A DNA stretch of 64,000 nt from Epiperipatus broadwayi (taxonomy: Eukaryota; Animalia; Onychophora): NCBI GenBank assembly GCA_028023455.1, contig JAQFVV010000010.1:3906001-3970000 (forward strand), written 5' to 3'. The notes beneath the pieces are model-generated. The model searched no databases. It saw only the letters and a program-made list of their open reading frames with translations, and was not told where the DNA came from. Positions within the stretch are counted from its first letter, which is position 1; the number at the start of each line of letters is the position of its first letter. Both the position numbers and the translations under genes were made by a program. Shown here one piece after another: positions 40,656-51,039 of this stretch.

Positions 40656-42592
40656 ATGAAGAATTCACTAAATATAATATCTATGAATGTTAGAGGAATG
40701 AATGCAGGTGATAAAGTGATTAAAATTATAGACTACATTGCTTCCCAAAAATATGACATTATAATCTTATCAGAAACAAAGATTAGTAGTAACACACCAA
40801 TTTGGATTACTGAAAGACTTGCAAAGGCAAATGTGTTTCTGTACAGAATGAATACAAAATCAGCACAGGGAGTTGCATTACTAATAAATATGAGATCAAA
40901 TATAAGAAACATACAAATAATCATGTTACAAATAAATTTTATAGTGATTTCCTTTACCTTTTGTGATAGGCTTCATTATCTAATTGCAGTATACTCGATT
41001 AGTAAAGATAAAGATATTCCTAAGCTAATTCATGGTATACAACATAAGTTAATGCAGAAGCCGGGCATTGTTGTGGTTGGAGGTGACTTCAATTGCTCCT
41101 ACCGGGATATTCCTAAAAGTCTGGAAAACAAACTAGAAGCTCTTGCAGTATATCCATTGGAAATGAAATATGGTAAGGATGCCTACACATTTTTTAACAG
41201 CAGGTATATGTCACTAATAGATTTGTTCTTTGTGTCAAATGGTAAAGTGAAAGACTCATTCATTGAAACTTCTCTAGTAGGCTTTTCTGATCACCTAAGA
41301 ATACTATTGGAGATAAAAAATTATGATGCAATAAAAAATAAGGCCTATGTCTTTTCTATTAAAAAGAACATTATGAGTCAGATAAACTTTACAGTTGATC
41401 AAATGTCTAACATTTTGATAGTATCAAACTACTATACAAGCCAATCAAAGCTACCTCCATGTATTGCATGGAATAAAATGAAAAAAATTATCTCAAGCCT
41501 ATGCCGTAATAACACAAATAATATGTTAACGCAAAACCAAATGAGAAATAGAATTATTGAAATCAATAAAATACTAATTACTATATCTGGCCTCAGAGAA
41601 AGTAATGATTTAGTGAAGAAGCTACAACTGGAATATAATGATATATATAAAAGAATGCAGGAAGAAACATATACACGAAGAATAAGAAAATTAATCCCAG
41701 ATCTTAACAAAATAGTGAAGCCAACAATTAACTATGCGAAAATATACATCCCTCACACCAATGGTATCCCATTGATGACAGCCGAAGACTCTGTGATATC
41801 GGGTGATGAGGTAGATCAATATATGGTTGTGAGATTAAAAGAAATCATGGGCGAACGAAGGATTGAGAGTGAACAATTCTCCATTCAATTAAGGCAAACT
41901 ATGAATGGTTACATCTCGCATCAGGAGGTCTTGCTTGAAATAAAGAGATTAAAGTTGCAAACAGTATTAGCAAATGACGAAATCCCAGCATCAGTGTATA
42001 AGCAAATTGGTTATTTTCTGATTGGCCCTTTATTAAAATTTTATAATCAAATGTGCTCAGAGATTTTTGATTGGCCATATATTAACAACAGAATAATCTT
42101 CAGCATTAAAAAAGAAAAGAATATGAAAATGCCCCACTTTGAAGAACTAAGAAATATAACAATTGAGGATATTGATGCTAAAATCATTGCTAGAATATTA
42201 CAAAAAAATTATTTAGAAATGTCAGTAACAAGATATCTTCGGCGCATCATGCAGTAAAGGGCAAGAGAGCAGTAAATGCAGCTATTAAAATCCAAGAAGC
42301 TATTAAGCATGCCAGGCACGCTTAATCTAGCACAGTATTTCGCATTGCAAATTGATTTTAAATCTGCCTTTGACCTCGTGAACTGGTCTTATCTATTTAA
42401 TACCCTAAAGGAGCTTATAGCGGATGATCCATTCTTATTGAATGCAATAAAAAATTACATTATGAATAATAGAATTTCTTATAAAAATTTCATGAGAAGA
42501 TCAGAGTTTTTTGCCCCAGATAGAGGAATTCCACAAGGATCACCTTTGGCAGCACTGTTGTTTGCAATTTATGTAGATCCCATGAAAAGAAA
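40656..42592 (+). pseudogene. LINE ORF2 (APE endonuclease + RT N-terminal half), frameshifted near 42200-42330 and truncated at the apex
   Basis: SMNVRG, ILSETK, GGDFN, IDLFFVS, FSDH; RNITIEDIDAKIIARIL, IDFKSAFDLVNWSYL, GIPQGSPLAALLF. Confidence 0.9.
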
Positions 42593-42683
42593 GGGGGGGT
42601 GAACTCAGTGTCCCGCAGATAGTTTTTTCCTGGGCGGGCCCGGGGGAGGCCGGGGGTATATATACGAGGGTCCAGGGTTACTA
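42593..42683. other. 91-bp unique GC-rich spacer at the palindrome apex
   Basis: About 56 of 91 bases are G/C, against a strongly AT-rich background. The inverted arms end at 42592 and resume at 42684. Confidence 0.9.
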
Positions 42684-42922
42684 TTTCTTTTATCATGGGA
42701 TCTACATAAATTGCAAACAACAGTGCTGCCAAAGGTGATCCTTGCGGAATTCCTCTATCTGGGGCAAAAAACTCTGATCTTCTCATGAAATTTTTATAAG
42801 AAATTCTATTATTCATAATGTAATTTTTTATTGCATTCAATAAGAATGGATCATCCGCTATAAGCTCCTTTAGGGTATTAAATAGATAAGACCAGTTCAC
42901 GAGGTCAAAGGCAGATTTAAAA

Positions 42923-44623
42923 TCAATTTGCAATGCGAAATACTGTTAGATTATGCGTCCTGGCGTGCTTAATAGCTTCTTGGATTTTAATAGCTGCATT
43001 TACTGCTCTCTTGCCCTTTACTGCATGATGCGCCGTTGATATCTTGTTACTGACATTTCTAAATAATTTTTTTTGTAATATTCTAGCAATGATTTTAGCA
43101 TCAATATCCTCAATTGTTATATTTCTTAGTTCTTCAAAGTGGGGCATTTTCATATTCTTTTCTTTTTTAATGCTGAAGATTATTCTGTTGTTAATATATG
43201 GCCAATCAAAAATCTCTGAGCACATTTGATTATAAAATTTTAATAAAGGGCCAATCAGAAGATAACCAATTTGCTTATACACTGATGCTGGGATTTCGTC
43301 ATTTGCTAATACTGTTTGCAACTTTAATCTCTTTATTTCAAGCAAGACCTCCTGATGCGAGATGTAACCATTCATAGTTTGCCTTAATTGAATGGAGAAT
43401 TGTTCACTCTCAATCCTTCGTTCGCCCATGATTTCTTTTAATCTCACAACCATATATTGATCTACCTCATCACCCGATATCACAGAGTCTTCGGCTGTCA
43501 TCATCAATGGGATACCATTGGTGTGAGGGATGTATATTTTCGCATAGTTAATTGTTGGCTTCACTATTTTGTTAAGATCTGGGATTAATTTTCTTATTCT
43601 TCGTGTATATGTTTCTTCCTGCATTCTTTTATATATATCATTATATTCCAGTTGTAGCTTCTTCACTAAATCATTATTTTCTCTGAGGCCAGATATAGTA
43701 ATTAGTATTTTATTGATTTCAATAATTCTATTTCTCATTTGGTTTTGTGTTAACATATTATTTGTGTTATTACGGCATAGGCTTGAGATAATTTTTTTCA
43801 TTTTATTCCATGCAATACATGGAGGTAGCTTTGATTGGCTTGTATAGTAGTTTGATACTATCAAAATGTTAGACATTTGATCAACTGTAAAGTTTATCTG
43901 ACTCATAATGTTCTTTTTAATAGAAAAGACATAGGCCTTATTTTTTATTGCATCATAATTTTTTATCTCCAATAGTATTCTTAGGTGATCAGAAAAGCCT
44001 ACTAGAGAAGTTTCAATGAATGAGTCTTTCACTTTACCATTTGACACAAAGAACAAATCTATTAGTGACATATACCTGCTGTTAAAAAATGTGTAGGCAT
44101 CCTTACCATATTTCATTTCCAATGGATATACTGCAAGAGCTTCTAGTTTGTTTTCCAGACTTTTAGGAATATCCCGGTAGGAGCAATTGAAGTCACCTCC
44201 AACCACAACAATGCCCGGCTTCTGCATTAACTTATGTTGTATACCATGAATTAGCTTAGGAATATCTTTACCTTTACTAATCGAGTATACTGCAATTAGA
44301 TAATGAAGCCTATCACAAAAGGTAAAGGAAATCACTATAAAATTTATTTGTAACATGATTATTTGTATGTTTCTTATATTTGATCTCATATTTATTAGTA
44401 ATGCAACTCCCTGTGCTGATTTTGTATTCATTCTGTACAGAAACACATTTGCCTTTGCAAGTCTTTCAGTAATCCAAATTGGTGTGTTGCTACTAATCTT
44501 TGTTTCTGATAAGATTATAATGTCATATTTTTGGGAAGCAATGTAGTCTATAATTTTAATCACTTTATCACCTGCATTCATTCCTCTAACATTCATAGAT
44601 ATTATATTTAGTGAATTCTTCAT
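42923..44623 (-). CDS. LINE ORF2 (APE + start of RT), 566 aa to a frameshift
   Basis: Same APE/RT motifs as the left copy. The RT motifs continue in another frame (DFKSAFD, PQGSPL, YVDP). Confidence 0.9.
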   Translation of the reverse strand: MKNSLNIISMNVRGMNAGDKVIKIIDYIASQKYDIIILSETKISSNTPIWITERLAKANVFLYRMNTKSAQGVALLINMRSNIRNIQIIMLQINFIVISFTFCDRLHYLIAVYSISKGKDIPKLIHGIQHKLMQKPGIVVVGGDFNCSYRDIPKSLENKLEALAVYPLEMKYGKDAYTFFNSRYMSLIDLFFVSNGKVKDSFIETSLVGFSDHLRILLEIKNYDAIKNKAYVFSIKKNIMSQINFTVDQMSNILIVSNYYTSQSKLPPCIAWNKMKKIISSLCRNNTNNMLTQNQMRNRIIEINKILITISGLRENNDLVKKLQLEYNDIYKRMQEETYTRRIRKLIPDLNKIVKPTINYAKIYIPHTNGIPLMMTAEDSVISGDEVDQYMVVRLKEIMGERRIESEQFSIQLRQTMNGYISHQEVLLEIKRLKLQTVLANDEIPASVYKQIGYLLIGPLLKFYNQMCSEIFDWPYINNRIIFSIKKEKNMKMPHFEELRNITIEDIDAKIIARILQKKLFRNVSNKISTAHHAVKGKRAVNAAIKIQEAIKHARTHNLTVFRIAN

Positions 44624-44625
44624 AT

Positions 44626-46311
44626 CTTGATAATTTAATAATCATTTTATTAGCATATTACACCCCACATCCTCATCTTTTCCCTTAGTTTTTAATTCAT
44701 CATCTTTCTTATCATAGGAGTCATTGTTTAATTCTGCCAAATTAATATTCAACATTATTTGATTATCACCATTATTATCTTTTGTAACTTTATTAATCTT
44801 TTGATGTGTATTTCTTTTGAGTGTTTTGATACTATCCTCATTACCATTTATTTGCTTGTTGCTAAGTTCTTCTGTTTTGATACTATCTTCATTATCATTT
44901 ACTTGTTGGTTGATAAGTTCTACCGATTGTGTTATCATAACCCTGTCTTCGTTTTCATTTTCCATTTGCGAGTCTGTGTTATTCTCATCAAATGAATCTA
45001 TAAGACTATCAATACCTGTGACATTTCCAACCTGCAATAGATCATTTTGGCCTGGTAACAATTCAACTTCATCTAATATGTCCATATTTTTTAATTTATC
45101 AATTTCTTCTTCATACAATAAATGCTCGTCTCCTGTGTTACTAACTATATTAGCCCATGTCTTAATTGATGATGATACATTACATAGGTGATTTAATCGG
45201 TCAAATTTGTTACACTTCATGCAGTTAGCAGTGTTACAGCCTGCTGCAATATGCCCCACTCGATTACATTTAAAACACAATGGTGATCTACCCTTTATTA
45301 TTATGGAAATGGGCATTTGATCTTTTGTTATTTTATGTGGTATCTGTTCTTTCGTTACCCCTTTCTTTAATTTAAGTACTACTGTCCATGAGTTTGACGG
45401 AATTTGGAAGGCTGTGCCCGGCGTCATTTCTCTTTCCAAATTTATTATCTCAGCATAATCCAATAGTTGGATTTTAAAAAATTCAACATTGAAACTTGGA
45501 GGTGTATGCAGTATTCTTCCATAGACCAATGGATTGGGATCTTTTGTAACGTAGTAAATTTTTTTATTTTGAATTTGCTTAATTATGTTTTCAGCTTTAT
45601 CTTTTTGTTCTTTATTGAAATATTCAATCGAAACGAACCCTCTAGCGGGAAAAAAGAAGTATATTTGACCGTGTTAATGAGTTCATGAGAATATAGAGCC
45701 TTTAAGTATTCATCGATATCTGGTTTATCAAGTATATGTTCCCCTGTTATTATATTAGTTTGAATAATTAAGCTAAAAATTGATGTACTTGGTGACATAC
45801 ACTTTACAAATATCTTTTTCCAGTATTCATTTAATTTCACGAAAGATTTTGTTGTAAGTTTCTTGCTACTTATATTATCAGCATAGTTATCATTAACATC
45901 AATAAATTGAGTTTTATTCACCGAGTTTATTTGATTATCTACTACATCTCCCTTTTTAATTAATTTTGATCTCAATCCAGCTTGTTTTATTGCATCAGAT
46001 TGTAAGCTCAAAACTTCACTTGAGTCAAAATTATTATCGCTATCCATTTTCCTTTTTTTATTATTATTTAGTATTACGCACTCTGGATTTTCTAGGCCAA
46101 CGTTACTACTTAGGCTTTTTTCAGTTTTTTTGCTAATAATTGCTTTTTCCGTAAGTGCTATATTGTTTTCTTGATTTATTGATTTATTTGTATGTTCTTT
46201 TAAATTTATACTATCACTATTATTATCATTTTCTTCTCTACGTTTATTTAAAAAAGTATCACTATTATATTTCCTTAATTTACTTTCTTTTCTCAGAGAC
46301 TTAAACGCCAT
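44626..46311 (-). pseudogene. LINE ORF1 with a Lys/Asn/Ser-rich N-terminal region and a CCHC knuckle; 1-bp frameshift near 45650
   Basis: ORFs 45583-46311 and 44642-45529 join in frame if one T is restored, as in the left copy (FFPARGF). Confidence 0.8.
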
Positions 46312-48099
46312 TTTCTCATTATGATTTTTATTTTCCTCCAGATTATTAGTATCTAAGACTTTAAATTTATCTTTAACTTCACAAATACTTACTTTGGTAT
46401 TCTAGTTCTTTTTATTCTTTCGCCCCATTTTAATTTTTTATTTTAAACAATCGTTCCCGTAAATCAAGCAGGAAAGATACTTGCACTACCAGCCATTACT
46501 CGAAGCGGAAGTCGCTGATGAGAACTTATGATGTACAGATATATCCCTATCTTGCTAAATCTTGCAGGTCAACGACAAAGACTAGCCCAGTGATATCGGC
46601 TGCCCGCCTAGCAGTGGACCCAAGTGACCCAGGGGCCGAATTGTTCGAGTATGAGCATCAAATATGGAACTGGGGTAAAAACCCAAGACTTGAGTAGCCT
46701 ATTCGGGTTCTGAACTTTCCTATGTTTCAGAGTAAGAGTTTCATTAGCAAGCTTATTAGTTCCAATGAACCACACATCTTATATATGAAAGTAATTTCTC
46801 ATTCACATTGCCTAATCCGTAATAAGTTTTGTAATTGCTAACAGCAAACCACAAGTGATGCTAATTTACTCAGTTCACTCCTGTGTATTATATTGATTCG
46901 TGCATTTGTCCGAAACCATAAGAAGCTCTGGTGTGAGAAATCATGATTTGCATCATCTTTCAAAATTAATGAATATAATCAAATCTTGATTTATTTATCT
47001 TAAATAATCAGCAATATTAATGCAGTAGCAAATAATGTTTGTGATTGTCATGTTAAAACCTTCACCATTCGGAAGATCACAGCAAGAGAATTAAATATCA
47101 TTTGGCATACTAACTGTCATAGATGTCAATCAGTCATAAAGCACAAAAATTGTTAGGTTCACTTAAATAAAATCACTGACACTACATTATCTTTAACTAA
47201 CTTTCCAAATTGTGTAATGCTTGATAGTGTCAAATGAACTATATTTTAATTATTAGCCAATTGTAATCTATATATGTTACTCGTTATCAACTAAAAATAA
47301 ACTTGTTTAAAATGTATTTAGTTTCCATTATCATTCACACCATATTCCAATCAAATTAAATTAATTAACTACATTTAAGTCACACAAATATACCATTGAT
47401 ATTACTCCCTCCTTAGATTCTTCCCTGAGTTTCACATGTAATTTTTCTGGGTTATGTGTAAAATTGTATAATAGTTTATACATGATGCTTAAGTAAACTT
47501 TAGTATCTGATGTCATAATTAATAAATTAATATTTGATGTTTAATACTTAGTTTTAATGTTGAGTTTTATATTCTATAAGCAATTTCTTGCTTACTGTTG
47601 ACATAGAGCCAGGGGATGACTTGAATAGGGCATGAGTCATCTTCAATTAAAATTTTGTCATCAGAGGTAAAAAAAAATGTAAAGGGAGGGAACCGTTATT
47701 AAAAATTTTGTTTAAAATTGTGACTGGATGTGAGATAATGGAAACAATAACATGGGGTAATTGTTTGTATACTTAATAAAATAAAATGACAATTGCAAAG
47801 AAAAAACGAATATAATCATGGATATAGTAAATTTTATAGGAATTAAGAAGCAGTCAACAAGAAAAAGAAGAAACAAAGAAGCACTGCACATAAGTTTTTT
47901 TAATTACAGTTTTTGATTATTGTTTAATGTTATTAAGATACAGAGTTGGCAAAGGATTAAAATGTAGGAATAATAAAGAGTATATAAAAGGAATAGGATA
48001 AGGCAGACAGAGCAGAGGGTTCATAATAAAAAATAGTGACAATTGGAGATAGCCTTAGAAGGGCAGAGGAGAATATGTTGCTGTATTGTAAAAATTTTA

Positions 48100-49860
48100 T
48101 AAATAACCTTATAATTTAAAGGAATAGAATATAGAAATAACACAGGAACCTAGAATAAATATTACCATGGATAGTAGTACAAAAGAGGTAGAAGAGACAG
48201 AGGTCCATGTGTAGGAGATGAATTGATGGAAAGCCCAGTATACTTTAAGGAGCCATTTAGAGTACTCTAAGAGGAGCCAGCAAGATATGCGAGAAATGAG
48301 GAGTTGATCATAGCCTTGCAGGAAATGAAAAGGATAGCTATAGAGATGGAGGCTAGAAACCAAAAGAATATATTTAGATATAGAGGAGACTAGAAACCAA
48401 AAAAATATTTTGGCTATGGAAAAGAGATTAGAAGCCAAAGATTGACAGAAAACCCTAGAGATGAAGAAGAGGTTAGAGGCGAAATAACAAAGGATCTTAG
48501 ACATGGAGGCAAGGTTAGAGGCAAAGGACCAGAAATATAAAGAGATGTTGTGAAGAAACCCAGAAGAAATAAAAGCAGATTATCAAAAAAATTGTGAAGA
48601 AATGTCGGAAATTAACAAAGCTATGCAGATGCTAAAAGAGTTTGAAATTAATAAGGATAAAGTAGAACCAGAATGATCTTAAAACACTCAATAAACGAAA
48701 CTAAAGACGTGGAAAAAAAATTAAAAGAGCAGGTAAAAGTTGTTAGAGATTTACAAGAGGCACAAGAAGAAAGGAGAATATCTACGAATTGAAAAAAAAT
48801 TTAATGCATGACAATAATATTGCCACCCAGGAAAAAACAGAGATGATGATTAATAACCAGCTATTAAAAGAAAAGATAGAAATAAAGAAAGAAAGAAAAA
48901 CCTAACACCCAGAGAGATAACAAATTCTATAGGACAAATGGGGTTAATACAAAAAACCAATAAAGGGGATTCTAGGCCATATCGAATAGGTAGCCAAAAG
49001 TAGGGTCGATACATTAGGTGATACCAGAGATTCTAGAAATGAAGTAAGAAATGGTCCTATTGTTAATGGGATGAATAATCACAAGCAGAGCTTCCAGGTC
49101 AAGGAAGATAAAAAGAACATAGTACAGGATAGTATATCCAGGAACCTTAAGGAGAGCACAGAGGGTTCAGCTATTAAGGAACAACAAGAACCAGGAAAGG
49201 GCATTCAGACCCACTTATGAAAATTAATCCAGATTAAAATTTTTATGGGAGACATCGGGGAAAAGTTTAAAAGTACACATTGAAAGCTTACGTGAGTTGT
49301 TCCATTTTCACAAAATTGGACCATTAGAACAAATCGCTCTCGCAGCCCATTATTAGCAGGGGGGCTAGGCCAAATCATGGTGGAAAGGTCGTACTGAGAA
49401 ACCTCTCACCTTCAAACATTATTGCTCAGCCCTCTTCAAAAGCTTTTGGAGCAAGGAATGCCAGGATGAAATTTCCCAGGGCATTCTCAAAGAATTATAT
49501 GGCTTAACTGCCTAAGAAACTCATACTAGTTTTTTGAGACAGGCCTTCGCATTTACAGATACGCAAATTATCCTTGCTATCCAACAGAATATGCTGCCAC
49601 CTGTGCAACAAATGATGACAGAATACAGGATCCGGGTTACAAAAGAAATGGTGGATTTCTAACCATGATCGATTTCACTCCAGAGAAGGTGCATAAGATT
49701 GAGTCTTCAAAATTTCAAGAACTCAACTATCGCACATAGATTCCAAAAGCAAAGATACAGGAGCCAAATTCAGGTCAAGAAAGTAGACAGTAGAGTTCAT
49801 GGGCTATGTTAGATCATTCCTCCTATTGGTGTCCTGTTAAGCTTCAAGGCAACAAAATAG
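48100..49860 (+). mobile_element. Highly decayed Gypsy gag remnant
   Basis: KVHIESLRELF...EQIALAAHY*..AKSWWKGRTEKPLTFKHYCSALFKSFWSKECQDE (~49260-49470) parallels the Gag of the intact element. DHSSYWCPVKLQGN (~49813-49855) looks like a knuckle end. The left boundary is uncertain. Confidence 0.7.
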
Positions 49861-51039
49861 AAAATAGATCTCAAACCAGTGATGGGTAATACTATGACGC
49901 ATGATGTAACTAACACCCACAACAGGAGTACTAACATTTGTGTATATATATTGAATAACTGAATATCACCTTGAGTAATGAGTCAAAGTAGTAATTGTAA
50001 AAACTATAGAGGAAAAATAAAAATCTAAAACATTGGGATACAATAGCGTCACTTTAATAATTTAGTTAAGTATAAATTGATTAAATAAACTTTCTTTCGC
50101 CATTATTATAAAATTTCAGCCTTGAATTCATGATTATATTTACTATTGTTTATATTATATGTATGTAAAATCATTTTTTTTGTTTTGTAACTGACGGGAT
50201 ATGAAATATATTTGCCTTGCCATATTCATTTCGCCTATATTACACCCTATAATCAAATCTTTGCCAAATGCAGACCATAAAAGTGCCCAAGATATCCCAT
50301 ATGAGTATATAGGCGTAATCATGTGTGTATATATATGTGTGCATTAACATCAGTAATCTAACTATAATGAGTAGATTAAAACTGATACACACTTTTTAAT
50401 ATATATAAATACTAGGTATTTCATTAAATTGCAAAAAAATGTCTGTGATTAAGATATTTTCAAAAATGTGTTATTTTACTATGCAAATATGTGTGTGTGT
50501 GCAATCATTCATTTAGTATCTTTGGTTTTTTAGCCTTCTAGGATTAACAATATTTTCAGATTAAGAGAACATGTAATAATTCAGCATTATTTTTTTTTTA
50601 CCTCTCACAAAAACTTTCTTGTGTTTAAAGCACTCACATGTAATTATATATATATTATTTTTACTATCTACTGCACTGAAATAAACATTTACAATTCATT
50701 CTGAATATTAAACTTATTTTTAAATGATTTAGCATTTTTTTACAATGCCCTTAATTAATACAATCTGGCTAAGTTTGTTGTGCCTGGTGAATTACTCATT
50801 ACAAATGTAAAGTGACAATAGTAATAATAATATCAATAATAGTGATAAAGCAAGAAGCAGTGGTAGTATTAAAGATAAATATGATAAATTTAATTTTTCT
50901 AAATATTGGTACATTGAATGTGTGAACTTTATTTGATACAAACATTTGTATCAATCAAATTAGATGCCTGCACTGATGGTTAAAGAACTGTCAAGATTAG
51001 AGATAGAAAGTTTATTAGAACAAATGGATGAAAATAAAT

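Larger units (their letters stand above)
39524..42592 (+). mobile_element. Tx1/L1-like LINE segment (ORF1 lacking its N-terminus; ORF2 APE + RT up to the YVDP motif); inner left arm of the palindrome
   Basis: Contains ORF1 and ORF2 motifs (see the CDS entries) and is the reverse complement of 42684-45754. Confidence 0.92.
42684..46750 (-). mobile_element. Tx1/L1-like LINE retaining its 5' UTR and full ORF1, truncated in RT at the apex; 5' boundary approximate
   Basis: ORF1 pieces 45583-46311 and 44642-45529, ORF2 42923-44623 and 42490-42933, and a GC-richer putative 5' UTR at ~46440-46750. Confidence 0.88.

Noticed and set aside
40088-45191. Hydrophobic antisense ORFs (e.g. 40088-40462, 41432-41710, 44817-45191)
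   Set aside because: They are shadows of A-rich LINE coding strands. Most other short ORFs in the track are likewise AT-rich background.
46511-46580. CTGATGAG hammerhead-like core in the LINE 5' region
   Set aside because: There is no GAAA core segment or matching stems at workable spacing, and it lies antisense to the element.
46575-46640. HDV-like ribozyme candidate (minus-strand GGG-TCCACTG-CTA) in the LINE 5' UTR
   Set aside because: P3 pairs poorly, and I could not place P1', the GG of P1.1 or the J4/2-P2' segment. A covariance-model search would settle it.
39524-46750. L1-style twin-priming 5' inversion as the cause of the inverted LINE pair
   Set aside because: Twin priming inverts a non-overlapping 5' part. 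Here 3 kb of LINE and at least 6 kb of host flank are duplicated.
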